The notes beneath the pieces were generated by a model. That model did not search any database. It was not told where the DNA came from and saw only the letters and a program-made list of their open reading frames with translations. The translations under genes and the position numbers were made by a program. A DNA stretch of 64,000 nucleotides from Eledone cirrhosa (lineage: Eukaryota), in the NCBI GenBank assembly GCA_964016885.1, contig OZ024740.1, positions 426,684,001-426,748,000 on the forward strand, written 5' to 3'. Position 1 is the stretch's first letter, and each line of letters begins with the position of its first letter. Shown here in pieces: positions 40,101-54,283 of the stretch.

Positions 40101-40590
40101 AATGTAGGAGTTATATTACTATATATTTTGATGTTTCTACATTTTACAATTTTCTATTATTGTTGTTGTTTCTGCTGATGAATGTGATGGATTGGCAGTA
40201 CCTGTAATCATCAGACAACATGCTTTACAGTATAGACTTATGGCCCTTTACGTTCCGAGTTAAAATCGCGCCCATGTCAACTTAAAATAAATTAACAATA
40301 ACGTACTGGGTATTTCACGGCCTTGTTCCAAAATTAGAAACAATTTTTTTGTTGTTGTTGTTGTTGTTCTTCTTCTTCTTCTTCTTCTTCTTCTTCTTCT
40401 TCTTCTTCTTCTTCTTCTTCTTCTTCTTCTTCTTCTTCTTCTTCTTCTTCACACCACCAGCATCACGTGACCTACCTGTGAGGAGGGCCGTCAGCAATAG
40501 TAATCATAGAACATATAGAATCCGTCCGAGGCCGCCCTTATTATTTACTATATATGTATATATATATTGTAGAGAAACAGACTCATGTGA

Positions 40591-40663
40591 GGGGAATTAG
40601 CTCAGATGGTAGAGCGCTCGCTTAGCATGCGAGAGGTACCGGGATCGATGCCCGGATTCTCCA
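40591..40663 (+). tRNA. tRNA-Ala-AGC: tRNA-Ala(AGC) unit 31
   Basis: Consensus cloverleaf. Confidence 0.97.
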
Positions 40664-41317
40664 TGCGTCAAGATTTCTTTTCAAATATTTTTTTCTTGTT
40701 CAAAACTACAGCATCACATGACCTTCTTTTGAGGTTGGCTGTCAGTTGTAATCGATAGAAGTGATAACACAATTGGCCCTTAAATTCATAGAGCCTGAAA
40801 ATAGCACCAGACTATTTCAACCATATATCTATATATATAAAATATAGGAGGTCTGTTTGTGCAAATCCCTAAAACTCCAGATGTACTCAACTGACTTTTT
40901 TCAAACTTTACACATGTGTTACTTATAATACTTGAAGTGCAATAGGCTAGTAGAAATTTAACTTTTGATGCGATTTTTTCATGTTCAATTATGTAGCATC
41001 ACGTGACCTTCATTTGAACATGTCTCTCGCTATAGTCAATTGACATAATCACACAATTGGTCGTTAAAGTTGAACAACTTGAGTATCGTACAGGAGGATT
41101 TAAACCAAATATGTTTTATAAAAGCAAACTCTCACAATGGAAAATACATAGAAATTGAATCAGTCTAAGAAAATACATATCAAACTTACGATCATTGTCA
41201 AATATGTTAGTAGGGATAATTGAGTATTAATTTTAACTAACCAGTCAAATCGAATTGGTCAAAGATATCCGTATGTCATTCACTATATAGATGTATATAA
41301 CTGTGTGGTTCTCGTGA

Positions 41318-41390
41318 GGGGAATTAGCTCAGATGGTAGAGCGCTCGCTTTGCATGCGAGAGGTACCGGGATCGACGCCCGGATTCTCCA
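41318..41390 (+). tRNA. tRNA-Ala-TGC: tRNA-Ala(TGC) unit 32
   Basis: Consensus cloverleaf. Confidence 0.97.
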
Positions 41391-41639
41391 AATGTAGGAG
41401 TTATATTACTATATATTTTGATGTTTCTACATTTTACAATTTTCTATTATTGTTGTTGTTTCTGCTGTTGAATGTGATGGATTGGCAGTATCTGTAATCA
41501 TCAGAAAACATGCTTTACAGTATAGAATTATGGCCCTTTACGTTGCGAGTTAAAATCGCGCACATGTCAACTTAAAATAAGTTATCAATAATGTACTGGG
41601 TATTTCACGGCCTTGTTCCAAAAGTAGAAACAATTATTT

Positions 41640-41677
<38 letters not shown>

Positions 41678-41875
41678 CTTCTTCTTCTTCTTCTTCTTCT
41701 TCTTCTTCTTCTTCTTCTTCTTCTTCTTCTTCTTCACACCACCAGCATCACGTGACCTACCTGTGAGGAGGGCCGTCAGCAATAGTAATCATAGAACATA
41801 TAGAATCCGTCCGAGGCCGCCCTTATTATTTACTATATATGTATATATATATTGTAGAGAAACAGACTCATGTGA

Positions 41876-41948
41876 GGGGAATTAGCTCAGATGGTAGAGC
41901 GCTCGCTTAGCATGCGAGAGGTACAGGGATCGATGCCCAGATTCTCCA
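41876..41948 (+). tRNA. tRNA-Ala-AGC: tRNA-Ala(AGC) unit 32, A50.A64 mismatch
   Basis: T stem CAGGG/CCCAG. Confidence 0.85.
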
Positions 41949-42600
41949 TGCGTCAAGGTTTCTTTTCAAATATTTTTTCTTCTTCAAAACTACAGCATCA
42001 CATGACCATCTTTTGAGGTTGGCTGTCTGTTGTAATCGATAGAAGTTGTAACACAATTGGCCCTTAATTCGTACAGCCTGAAAATAGCACCAGACTATTT
42101 CAACCATATATCTATATATATAAAACATAGGAGGTCTGTTTGTGCAAATCCCTAAAACTCCAGATGTACTCAACTGACTTTTTTCAAACTTTACACATGT
42201 GTTACTTATAATACTTGAAGTGCAATAGGCTAGTAGAAATTTAATTTTTGATGTTATTTTTTCATGTTCAAATATGTAGCATCACGTGACCTTCATTTGA
42301 ACATGTCTCTCGCTATAGTCAATTGACATAATCACACAATTGGTCGTTAAAGTTGAACAACTTGAATATCGTGCAGGAGGATTTAAACCAAATATGTTTT
42401 ATAAAAGCAAACTCTCACAATGGAAAATACATAGAAATTGAATCAGTCTAAGAAAATACATATCAATCTTACGATCATTGTCAAATCTGTTAGTAGGGAA
42501 AATTCAGTATTAATTTTAACTAACCAGTCAAATCGAATTGGTCAAAGATCTCCGTATGTCATTCACTATATAGATGTATATAACTGTGTGGTTCTCCTGA

Positions 42601-42673
42601 GGGGAATTAGCTCAGATGGTAGAGCGCTCGCTTTGCATGCGAGAGGTACCGGGATCAACGCCCGGATTCTCCA
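42601..42673 (+). tRNA. tRNA-Ala-TGC: tRNA-Ala(TGC) unit 33, A57
   Basis: T loop ATCAACG. Confidence 0.95.
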
Positions 42674-42922
42674 AATGTAGGAGTTATATTACTATATATT
42701 TTGATGTTTCTACATTTTACAATTTTCTATTATTGTTGTTGTTTTTGCTGTTGAATGTGATGGATTGGCAGTATCTGTAATCATCAGAAAACATGCTTTA
42801 CAGTATAGAGTTATGGCCCTTTACGTTCCGAGTTAAAATCGCGCACATGTCAACTTAAAATAAGTTATCAATAATGTACTGGGTATTTCACGGCCTTGTT
42901 CCAAAAGTAGAAACAATTATTT

Positions 42923-42957
<35 letters not shown>

Positions 42958-43143
42958 CTTCTTCTTCTTCTTCTTCTTCTTCTTCTTCTTCTTCTTCTTC
43001 TTCACACCACCAGCATCACGTGACCTACCTGTGAGGAGGGCCGTCAGCAATAGTAATCATAGAACATATAGAATCCGTCCGAGGCCGCCCTTATTATTTA
43101 CTATATATATATATATATATTGTAGGGAAACAGACTCATGTGA

Positions 43144-43216
43144 GGGGAATTAGCTCAGATGGTAGAGCGCTCGCTTAGCATGCGAGAGGTACCGGGATCG
43201 ATGCCCGGATTCTCCA
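43144..43216 (+). tRNA. tRNA-Ala-AGC: tRNA-Ala(AGC) unit 33
   Basis: Consensus cloverleaf. Confidence 0.97.
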
Positions 43217-43870
43217 TGCGTCAAGATTTCTTTTCAAATATTTTTTTCTTGTTCAAAACTACAGCATCACATGACCTTCTTTTGAGGTTGGCTGTCAGTT
43301 GTAATCGATAGAAGTGATAACACAATTAGCCCTTATATTCATACAGCCTGAAAATAGCACCAGACTATTTCAACCATATATCTATATATATAAAATATAG
43401 GAGGTCTGTTTGTGCAAATCCCTAAAACTCCAGATGTACTCAACTGACTTTTTTCAAACTTTACACATGTGTTACTTATAATACTTGAAGTGCAATAGGC
43501 TAGTAGAAATTTAACTTTTGATGCGATTTTTTCATGTTCAATTATGTAGCATCACGTGACCTTCATTTGAACATGTCTCTCGCTATAGTCAATTGACATA
43601 ATCACACAATTGGTCGTTAAAGTTGAACAACTTGAATATCGTACGGGAGGATTTAAACCAAATATGTTTTATAAAAGCAAACTCTCACAATGGAAAATAC
43701 ATAGAAATTGAATCAGTCTAAGAAAATACATATCAAACTTACGATCATTGTCAAATCTGTTAGTAGGGAAAATTCAGTATTAATTTTAACTAACCAGTCA
43801 AATCGAATTGGTCAAAGATCTCCGTATGTCATTCACTATATAGATGTATATAACTGTGTGGTTCTCCTGA

Positions 43871-43943
43871 GGGGAATTAGCTCAGATGGTAGAGCGCTCG
43901 CTTTGCATGCGAGAGGTACCGGGATCAACGCCCGGATTCTCCA
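43871..43943 (+). tRNA. tRNA-Ala-TGC: tRNA-Ala(TGC) unit 34, A57
   Basis: T loop ATCAACG. Confidence 0.95.
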
Positions 43944-44419
43944 AATGTAGGAGTTATATTACTATATATTTTGATGTTTCTACATTTTACAATTTTCTAT
44001 TATTGTTGTTGTTTTTGCTGTTGAATGTGATGGATTGGCAGTATCTGTAATCATCAGAAAACATGCTTTACAGTATAGAGTTATGGCCCTTTACGTTGCG
44101 AGTTAAAATCGCGCACATGTCAACTTAAAATAAGTTATCAATAATGTACTGGGTATTTCACGGCCTTGTTCCAAAAGTAGAAACAATTATTTTTGTTGTT
44201 GTTGTTGTTGTTGTTGTTGTTCTTCTTCTTCTTCTTCTTCTTCTTCTTCTTCTTCTTCTTCTTCTTCTTCTTCTTCTTCACACCACCAGCATCACGTGAC
44301 CTACCTGTGAGGAGGGCCGTCAGCAATAGTAATCATAGAACATATAGAATCCGTCCGAGGCCGCCCTTATTATTTACTATATATGTATATATATATTGTA
44401 GAGAAACAGACTCATGTGA

Positions 44420-44492
44420 GGGGAATTAGCTCAGATGGTAGAGCGCTCGCTTAGCATGCGAGAGGTACCGGGATCGATGCCCAGATTCTCCA
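44420..44492 (+). tRNA. tRNA-Ala-AGC: tRNA-Ala(AGC) unit 34, G64A
   Basis: 3' T stem CCCAG. Confidence 0.88.
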
Positions 44493-45144
44493 TGCGTCAA
44501 GGTTTCTTTTCAAATATTTTTTCTTCTTCAAAACTACAGCATCACATGACCATCTTTTGAGGTTGGCTGTCTGTTGTAATCGATAGAAGTTGTAACACAA
44601 TTGGCCCTTAATTCGTACAGCCTGAAAATAGCACCAGACTATTTCAACCATATATCTATATATATAAAACATAGGAGGTCTGTTTGTGCAAATCCCTAAA
44701 ACTCCAGATGTACTCAACTGACTTTTTTCAAACTTTACACATGTGTTACTTATAATACTTGAAGTGCAATAGTCTAGTAGAAATTTAATTTTTGATGTTA
44801 TTTTTTCATCTTCAAATATGTAGCATCACGTGACCTTCATTTGAACATGTCTCTCGCTATAGTCAATTGACATAATCACACAATTGGTCGTTAAAGTTGA
44901 ACAACTTGAATATCGTGCAGGAGGATTTAAACCAAATATGTTTTATAAAAGCAAACTCTCACAATGGAAAATACATAGAAATTGAATCAGTCTAAGAAAA
45001 TACATATCAAACTTACGATCATTGTCAAATCTGTTAGTAGGGATAATTGAGTATTAATTTTAACTAACCAGTCAAATCGAATTGGTCAAAGATCTCCGTA
45101 TGTCATTCACTATATAGATGTATATAACTGTGTGGTTCTCGTGA

Positions 45145-45217
45145 GGGGAATTAGCTCAGTTGGTAGAGCGCTCGCTTTGCATGCGAGAGATACCGGGATC
45201 GACGCCCGGATTCTCCA
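45145..45217 (+). tRNA. tRNA-Ala-TGC: tRNA-Ala(TGC) unit 35, A16T and G46A
   Basis: CAGTTGGTAG; variable loop AGATA. Confidence 0.92.
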
Positions 45218-45466
45218 AATGTAGGAGTTATATTACTATATATTTTGATGTTTCTACATTTTACAATTTTCTATTATTGTTGTTGTTTCTGCTGTTGAAT
45301 GTGATGGATTGGCAGTACCTGTAATCATCAGACAACATGCTTTACAGTATAGAGTTATGGCCCTTTACGTTCCGAGTTAAAATCGCGCCCATGTCAACTT
45401 AAAATAAATTAACAATAACGTCCAGGGTATTTCACGGCCTTGTTACAAAAGTAGAAACAATTATTT

Positions 45467-45510
<44 letters not shown>

Positions 45511-45743
45511 CTTCTTCTTCTTCTTCTTCTTCTTCTTCTTCTTCTTCTTCTTCTTCTTCTTCATCTTCTTCTTCTTCTTCTTCTTCTTCTTCTTCTTCTT
45601 CTTCACACCACCAGCATCACGTGACCTACCTGTGAGGAGGGCCGTCAGCAATAGTAATCATAGAACATATAGAATCCGTCGGGGCCGCCCTTATTATTTA
45701 CTATATATATATATATATATTGTAAAGAAACAGACTAATGTGA

Positions 45744-45816
45744 GGGGAATTAGCTCAGATGGTAGAGCGCTCGCTTAGCATGCGAGAGGTACCGGGATCG
45801 ATGCCCGGATTTTCCA
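45744..45816 (+). tRNA. tRNA-Ala-AGC: tRNA-Ala(AGC) unit 35, C69T (G4.U69 plus G3.U70)
   Basis: Ends ATTTTCCA. Confidence 0.9.
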
Positions 45817-46470
45817 TGCGTCAAGATTTCTTTTCAAATATTTTTTTCTTGTTCAAAACTACAGCATCACATGACCTTCTTTTGAGGTTGGCTGTCAGTT
45901 GTAATCGATAGAAGTGATAACACAATTAGCCCTTATATTCATACAGCCTGAAAATAGCACCAGACTATTTCAACCATATATCTATATATATAAAATATAG
46001 GAGGTCTGTTTGAACAAATCCCTAAAACTCCAGATGTACTCGACTGACTTTTTTCAAACTTTACACATGTGTTACTTGTAATACTTGAAGTGCAATAGGC
46101 TAGTAGAAATTTAACTTTTGATGTTATTTTTTCATGTTCAAATATGTAGCATCACGTGACCTTCATTTGAACATGTCTCTCGCTATAGTCAATTGACATA
46201 ATCACACAATTGGTCGTTAAAGTTGAACAACTTGAATATCGTGCAGGAGGATTTAAACCAAATATGTTTTATAAAAGCAAACTCTCACAATGGAAAATAC
46301 ATAGAAATTGAATCAGTCTAAGAAAATACATATCAAACTTACGATCATTGTCAAATCTGTTAGTAGGGAAAATTCAATATTAATTTTAACTAACCAGTCA
46401 AATCGAATTGGTCAAAGATCTCCGTATGTCATTCACTATAAAGATGTATATAACTGTGTGGTTCTCGTGA

Positions 46471-46543
46471 GGGGAATTAGCTCAGATGGTAGAGCGCTCG
46501 CTTTGCATGCGAGAGATACCGGGATCGACGCCCGGATTCTCCA
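46471..46543 (+). tRNA. tRNA-Ala-TGC: tRNA-Ala(TGC) unit 36, G46A
   Basis: Variable loop AGATA. Confidence 0.92.
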
Positions 46544-46788
46544 AATGTAGGAGTTATATTGCTATATATTTTGATGTTTCTACATTTTACAATTTTCTAT
46601 TATTGTTGTTGTTTTTGCTGTTGAATGTGATGGATTGGCAGTATCTGTAATCATCAGAAAACATGCTTTACAGTATAGAGTTATGGCCCTTTACGTTCCG
46701 AGTTAAAATCGCGCCCATGTCAACTTAAAATAAATGAACAATAATGTACTGGGTATTTCACGGCCTTGTTCCAAAATTAGAAACAATT

Positions 46789-46841
<53 letters not shown>

Positions 46842-47048
46842 CTTCTTCTTCTTCTTCTTCTTCTTCTTCTTCTTCTTCTTCTTCTTCTTCTTCTTCTTCT
46901 TCTTCTTCACACCACCAGCATCACGTGACCTACCTGTGAGGAGGGCCGTCAGCAATAGTAATCATAGAACATATAGAATCCGTCCGAGGCCGCCCTTATT
47001 ATTTACTATATATGTATATATATATTGTAGAGAAACAGACTCATGTGA

Positions 47049-47121
47049 GGGGAATTAGCTCAGATGGTAGAGCGCTCGCTTAGCATGCGAGAGGTACCGG
47101 GATCGATGCCCGGATTCTCCA
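47049..47121 (+). tRNA. tRNA-Ala-AGC: tRNA-Ala(AGC) unit 36
   Basis: Consensus cloverleaf. Confidence 0.97.
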
Positions 47122-47775
47122 TGCGTCAAGATTTCTTTTCAAATATTTTTTTCTTGTTCAAAACTACAGCATCACATGACCTTCTTTTGAGGTTGGCTGT
47201 CAGTTGTAATCGATAGAAGTGATAACACAATTGGCCCTTAAATTCATAGAGCCTGAAAATAGCACCAGACTATTTCAACCATATATCTATATATATAAAA
47301 TATAGGAGGTCTGTTTGTGCAAATCCCTAAAACTCCAGATGTACTCAACTGACTTTTTTCAAACTTTACACATGTGTTACTTATAATACTTGAAGTGCAA
47401 TAGGCTAGTAGAAATTTAACTTTTGATGCGATTTTTTCATGTTCAATTATGTAGCATCACGTGACCTTCATTTGAACATGTCTCTCGCTATAGTCAATTG
47501 ACATAATCACACAATTGGTCGTTAAAGTTGAACAACTTGAGTATCGTACAGGAGGATTTAAACCAAATATGTTTTATAAAAGCAAACTCTCACAATGGAA
47601 AATACATAGAAATTGAATCAGTCTAAGAAAATACATATCAAACTTACGATCATTGTCAAATATGTTAGTAGGGATAATTGAGTATTAATTTTAACTAACC
47701 AGTCAAATCGAATTGGTCAAAGATATCCGTATGTCATTCACTATATAGATGTATATAACTGTGTGGTTCTCGTGA

Positions 47776-47848
47776 GGGGAATTAGCTCAGATGGTAGAGC
47801 GCTCGCTTTGCATGCGAGAGGTACCGGGATCGACGCCCGGATTCTCCA
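47776..47848 (+). tRNA. tRNA-Ala-TGC: tRNA-Ala(TGC) unit 37
   Basis: Consensus cloverleaf. Confidence 0.97.
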
Positions 47849-48097
47849 AATGTAGGAGTTATATTACTATATATTTTGATGTTTCTACATTTTACAATTT
47901 TCTATTATTGTTGTTGTTTCTGCTGTTGAATGTGATGGATTGGCAGTATCTGTAATCATCAGAAAACATGCTTTACAGTATAGAATTATGGCCCTTTACG
48001 TTGCGAGTTAAAATCGCGCACATGTCAACTTAAAATAAATTATCAATAATGTACTGGGTATTTCACGGCCTTGTTCCAAAAGTAGAAACAATTATTT

Positions 48098-48129
<32 letters not shown>

Positions 48130-48327
48130 CTTCTTCTTCTTCTTCTTCTTCTTCTTCTTCTTCTTCTTCTTCTTCTTCTTCTTCTTCACACCACCAGCAT
48201 CACGTGACCTACCTGTGAGGAGGGCCGTCAGCAATAGTAATCATAGAACATATAGAATCCGTCCGAGGCCGCCCTTATTATTTACTATATATGTATATAT
48301 ATATTGTAGAGAAACAGACTCATGTGA

Positions 48328-48400
48328 GGGGAATTAGCTCAGATGGTAGAGCGCTCGCTTAGCATGCGAGAGGTACAGGGATCGATGCCCAGATTCTCCA
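48328..48400 (+). tRNA. tRNA-Ala-AGC: tRNA-Ala(AGC) unit 37, A50.A64 mismatch
   Basis: T stem CAGGG/CCCAG, same as unit 32. Confidence 0.85.
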
Positions 48401-49052
48401 TGCGTCAAGGTTTCTTTTCAAATATTTTTTCTTCTTCAAAACTACAGCATCACATGACCATCTTTTGAGGTTGGCTGTCTGTTGTAATCGATAGAAGTTG
48501 TAACACAATTGGCCCTTAATTCGTACAGCCTGAAAATAGCACCAGACTATTTCAACCATATATCTATATATATAAAACATAGGAGGTCTGTTTGTGCAAA
48601 TCCCTAAAACTCCAGATGTACTCAACTGACTTTTTTCAAACTTTACACATGTGTTACTTATAATACTTGAAGTGCAATAGGCTAGTAGAAATTTAATTTT
48701 TGATGTTATTTTTTCATGTTCAAATATGTAGCATCACGTGACCTTCATTTGAACATGTCTCTCGCTATAGTCAATTGACATAATCACACAATTGGTCGTT
48801 AAAGTTGAACAACTTGAATATCGTGCAGGAGGATTTAAACCAAATATGTTTTATAAAAGCAAACTCTCACAATGGAAAATACATAGAAATTGAATCAGTC
48901 TAAGAAAATACATATCAATCTTACGATCATTGTCAAATCTGTTAGTAGGGAAAATTCAGTATTAATTTTAACTAACCAGTCAAATCGAATTGGTCAAAGA
49001 TCTCCGTATGTCATTCACTATATAGATGTATATAACTGTGTGGTTCTCCTGA

Positions 49053-49125
49053 GGGGAATTAGCTCAGATGGTAGAGCGCTCGCTTTGCATGCGAGAGGTA
49101 CCGGGATCAACGCCCGGATTCTCCA
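49053..49125 (+). tRNA. tRNA-Ala-TGC: tRNA-Ala(TGC) unit 38, A57
   Basis: T loop ATCAACG. Confidence 0.95.
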
Positions 49126-49583
49126 AATGTAGGAGTTATATTACTATATATTTTGATGTTTCTACATTTTACAATTTTCTATTATTGTTGTTGTTTTTGC
49201 TGTTGAATGTGATGGATTGGCAGTATCTGTAATCATCAGAAAACATGCTTTACAGTATAGAGTTATGGCCCTTTACGTTCCGAGTTAAAATCGCGCACAT
49301 GTCAACTTAAAATAAGTTATCAATAATGTACTGGGTATTTCACGGCCTTGTTCCAAAAGTAGAAACAATTATTTTTGTTGTTGTTGTTGTTGTTGTTGTT
49401 GTTCTTCTTCTTCTTCTTCTTCTTCTTCTTCTTCTTCTTCTTCACACCACCAGCATCACGTGACCTACCTGTGAGGAGGGCCGTCAGCAATAGTAATCAT
49501 AGAACATATAGAATCCGTCCGAGGCCGCCCTTATTATTTACTATATATATATATATATATTGTAGAGAAACAGACTCATGTGA

Positions 49584-49656
49584 GGGGAATTAGCTCAGAT
49601 GGTAGAGCGCTCGCTTAGCATGCGAGAGGTACCGGGATCGATGCCCGGATTCTCCA
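49584..49656 (+). tRNA. tRNA-Ala-AGC: tRNA-Ala(AGC) unit 38
   Basis: Consensus cloverleaf. Confidence 0.97.
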
Positions 49657-50310
49657 TGCGTCAAGATTTCTTTTCAAATATTTTTTTCTTGTTCAAAACT
49701 ACAGCATCACATGACCTTCTTTTGAGGTTGGCTGTCAGTTGTAATCGATAGAAGTGATAACACAATTAGCCCTTATATTCATACAGCCTGAAAATAGCAC
49801 CAGACTATTTCAACCATATATCTATATATATAAAATATAGGAGGTCTGTTTGTGCAAATCCCTAAAACTCCAGATGTACTCAACTGACTTTTTTCAAACT
49901 TTACACATGTGTTACTTATAATACTTGAAGTGCAATAGGCTAGTAGAAATTTAACTTTTGATGCGATTTTTTCATGTTCAATTATGTAGCATCACGTGAC
50001 CTTCATTTGAACATGTCTCTCGCTATAGTCAATTGACATAATCACACAATTGGTCGTTAAAGTTGAACAACTTGAATATCGTACGGGAGGATTTAAACCA
50101 AATATGTTTTATAAAAGCAAACTCTCACAATGGAAAATACATAGAAATTGAATCAGTCTAAGAAAATACATATCAAACTTACGATCATTGTCAAATCTGT
50201 TAGTAGGGAAAATTCAGTATTAATTTTAACTAACCAGTCAAATCGAATTGGTCAAAGATCTCCGTATATCATTCACTATATAGATGTATATAACTGTGTG
50301 GTTCTCCTGA

Positions 50311-50383
50311 GGGGAATTAGCTCAGATGGTAGAGCGCTCGCTTTGCATGCGAGAGGTACCGGGATCAACGCCCGGATTCTCCA
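50311..50383 (+). tRNA. tRNA-Ala-TGC: tRNA-Ala(TGC) unit 39, A57
   Basis: T loop ATCAACG. Confidence 0.95.
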
Positions 50384-50859
50384 AATGTAGGAGTTATATT
50401 ACTATATATTTTGATGTTTCTACATTTTACAATTTTCTATTATTGTTGTTGTTTTTGCTGTTGAATGTGATGGATTGGCAGTATCTGTAATCATCAGAAA
50501 ACATGCTTTACAGTATAGAGTTATGGCCCTTTACGTTGCGAGTTAAAATCGCGCACATGTCAACTTAAAATAAGTTATCAATAATGTACTGGGTATTTCA
50601 CGGCCTTGTTCCAAAAGTAGAAACAATTATTTTTGTTGTTGTTGTTGTTGTTGTTGTTCTTCTTCTTCTTCTTCTTCTTCTTCTTCTTCTTCTTCTTCTT
50701 CTTCTTCTTCTTCTTCTTCACACCACCAGCATCACGTGACCTACCTGTGAGGAGGGCCGTCAGCAATAGTAATCATAGAACATATAGAATCCGTCCGAGG
50801 CCGCCCTTATTATTTACTATATATGTATATATATATTGTAGAGAAACAGACTCATGTGA

Positions 50860-50932
50860 GAGGAATTAGCTCAGATGGTAGAGCGCTCGCTTAGCATGCG
50901 AGAGGTACCGGGATCGATGCCCAGATTCTCCA
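50860..50932 (+). tRNA. tRNA-Ala-AGC: tRNA-Ala(AGC) unit 39, G2A+G64A (probably impaired)
   Basis: GAGGAAT...CCCAG. Confidence 0.8.
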
Positions 50933-51584
50933 TGCGTCAAGGTTTCTTTTCAAATATTTTTTCTTCTTCAAAACTACAGCATCACATGACCATCTTTTGA
51001 GGTTGGCTGTCTGTTGTAATCGATAGAAGTTGTAACACAATTGGCCCTTAATTCGTACAGCCTGAAAATAGCACCAGACTATTTCAACCATATATCTATA
51101 TATATAAAACATAGGAGGTCTGTTTGTGCAAATCCCTAAAACTCCAGATGTACTCAACTGACTTTTTTCAAACTTTACACATGTGTTACTTATAATACTT
51201 GAAGTGCAATAGTCTAGTAGAAATTTAATTTTTGATGTTATTTTTTCATCTTCAAATATGTAGCATCACGTGACCTTCATTTGAACATGTCTCTCGCTAT
51301 AGTCAATTGACATAATCACACAATTGGTCGTTAAAGTTGAACAACTTGAATATCGTGCAGGAGGATTTAAACCAAATATGTTTTATAAAAGCAAACTCTC
51401 ACAATGGAAAATACATAGAAATTGAATCAGTCTAAGAAAATACATATCAAACTTACGATCATTGTCAAATCTGTTAGTAGGGATAATTGAGTATTAATTT
51501 TAACTAACCAGTCAAATCGAATTGGTCAAAGATCTCCGTATGTCATTCACTATATAGATGTATATAACTGTGTGGTTCTCGTGA

Positions 51585-51657
51585 GGGGAATTAGCTCAGA
51601 TGGTAGAGCGCTCGCTTTGCATGCGAGAGATACCGGGATCGACGCCCGGATTCTCCA
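51585..51657 (+). tRNA. tRNA-Ala-TGC: tRNA-Ala(TGC) unit 40, G46A
   Basis: Variable loop AGATA. Confidence 0.92.
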
Positions 51658-51906
51658 AATGTAGGAGTTATATTACTATATATTTTGATGTTTCTACATT
51701 TTACAATTTTCTATTATTGTTGTTGTTTCTGCTGTTGAATGTGATGGATTGGCAGTACCTGTAATCATCAGACAACATGCTTTACAGTATAGAGTTATGG
51801 CCCTTTACGTTCCGAGTTAAAATCGCGCCCATGTCAACTTAAAATAAATTAACAATAACGTCCAGGGTATTTCACGGCCTTGTTACAAAAGTAGAAACAA
51901 TTATTT

Positions 51907-51941
<35 letters not shown>

Positions 51942-52171
51942 CTTCTTCTTCTTCTTCTTCTTCTTCTTCTTCTTCTTCTTCTTCTTCTTCTTCATCTTCT
52001 TCTTCTTCTTCTTCTTCTTCTTCTTCTTCTTCACACCACCAGCATCACGTGACCTACCTGTGAGGAGGGCCGTCAGCAATAGTAATCATAGAACATATAG
52101 AATCCGTCGGGGCCGCCCTTATTATTTACTATATATATATATATATATTGTAAAGAAACAGACTCATGTGA

Positions 52172-52244
52172 GGGGAATTAGCTCAGATGGTAGAGCGCTC
52201 GCTTAGCATGCGAGAGGTACCGGGATCGATGCCCGGATTTTCCA
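52172..52244 (+). tRNA. tRNA-Ala-AGC: tRNA-Ala(AGC) unit 40, C69T
   Basis: Ends ATTTTCCA. Confidence 0.9.
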
Positions 52245-52898
52245 TGCGTCAAGATTTCTTTTCAAATATTTTTTTCTTGTTCAAAACTACAGCATCACAT
52301 GACCATCTTTTGAGGTTGGCTGTCAGTTGTAATCGATAGAAGTGATAACACAATTAGCCCTTATATTCATACAGCCTGAAAATAGCACCAGACTATTTCA
52401 ACCATATATCTATATATATAAAATATAGGAGGTCTGTTTGAACAAATCCCTAAAACTCCAGATGTACTCGACTGACTTTTTTCAAACTTTACACATGTGT
52501 TACTTGTAATACTTGAAGTGCAATAGGCTAGTAGAAATTTAACTTTTGATGTTATTTTTTCATGTTCAAATATGTAGCATCACGTGACCTTCATTTGAAC
52601 ATGTCTCTCGCTATAGTCAATTGACATAATCACACAATTGGTCGTTAAAGTTGAACAACTTGAATATCGTGCAGGAGGATTTAAACCAAATATGTTTTAT
52701 AAAAGCAAACTCTCACAATGGAAAATACATAGAAATTGAATCAGTCTAAGAAAATACATATCAAACTTACGATCATTGTCAAATCTGTTAGTAGGGAAAA
52801 TTCAATATTAATTTTAACTAACCAGTCAAATCGAATTGGTCAAAGATCTCCGTATGTCATTCACTATAAAGATGTATATAACTGTGTGGTTCTCGTGA

Positions 52899-52971
52899 GG
52901 GGAATTAGCTCAGATGGTAGAGCGCTCGCTTTGCATGCGAGAGATACCGGGATCGACGCCCGGATTCTCCA
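52899..52971 (+). tRNA. tRNA-Ala-TGC: tRNA-Ala(TGC) unit 41, G46A
   Basis: Variable loop AGATA. Confidence 0.92.
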
Positions 52972-53216
52972 AATGTAGGAGTTATATTGCTATATATTTT
53001 GATGTTTCTACATTTTACAATTTTCTATTATTGTTGTTGTTTTTGCTGTTGAATGTGATGGATTGGCAGTATCTGTAATCATCAGAAAACATGCTTTACA
53101 GTATAGAGTTATGGCCCTTTACGTTCCGAGTTAAAATCGCGCCCATGTCAACTTAAAATAAATGAACAATAATGTACTGGGTATTTCACGGCCTTGTTCC
53201 AAAATTAGAAACAATT

Positions 53217-53260
<44 letters not shown>

Positions 53261-53485
53261 CTTCTTCTTCTTCTTCTTCTTCTTCTTCTTCTTCTTCTTC
53301 TTCTTCTTCTTCTTCTTCTTCTTCTTCTTCTTCTTCTTCTTCTTCACACCACCAGCATCACGTGACCTACCTGTGAGGAGGGCCGTCAGCAATAGTAATC
53401 ATAGAACATATAGAATCCGTCCGAGGCCGCCCTTATTATTTACTATATATGTATATATATATTGTAGAGAAACAGACTCATGTGA

Positions 53486-53558
53486 GGGGAATTAGCTCAG
53501 ATGGTAGAGCGCTCGCTTAGCATGCGAGAGGTACCGGGATCGATGCCAGGATTCTCCA
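53486..53558 (+). tRNA. tRNA-Ala-AGC: tRNA-Ala(AGC) unit 41, C63A
   Basis: 3' T stem CCAGG. Confidence 0.9.
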
Positions 53559-54210
53559 TGCGTCAAGATTTCTTTTCAAATATTTTTTCTTCTTCAAAAC
53601 TACAGCATCACATGACCATCTTTTGAGGTTGGCTGTCTGTTGTAATCGATAGAAGTTGTAACACAATTGTCCCTTAATTCGTACAGCCTGAAAATAGCAC
53701 CAGACTATTTCAACCATATATCTATATATATAAAACATAGGAGGTCTGTTTGTGCAAATCCCTAAAACTCCAGATGTACTCGACTGACTTTTTTCAAACT
53801 TTACACATATGTTACTTATAATACTTGAAGTGCAATAGGCTAGTAGAAATTTAACTTTTGATGTTATTTTTTCATGTTCAAATATGTAGCATCACGTGAC
53901 CTTCATTTGAACATGTCTCTCGCTATAGTCAATTGACATAATCACACAATTGGTCGTTAAAGTTGAACAACTTGAATATCGTGCAGGAGGATTTAAACCA
54001 AATATGTTTTATAAAAGCAAACTCTCACAATGGAAAATACATAGAAATTGAATCAGTCTAAGAAAATACATATCAAACTTACGATCATTGTCAAATCTGT
54101 TAGTAGGGATAATTGAGTATTAATTTTAACTAACCAGTCAAATCGAATTGGTCAAAGATCTCCGTATGTCATTCACTATATAGATGTATATAACTGTGTG
54201 GTTCTCGTGA

Positions 54211-54283
54211 GGGGAATTATCTCAGATGGTAGAGCGCTCGCTTTGCATGCGAGAGGTACCGGGATCAACGCCCGGATTCTCCA
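54211..54283 (+). tRNA. tRNA-Ala-TGC: tRNA-Ala(TGC) unit 42, G10T (A box/D stem) and A57; probably impaired
   Basis: GGGGAATTATCTCAG. Confidence 0.8.
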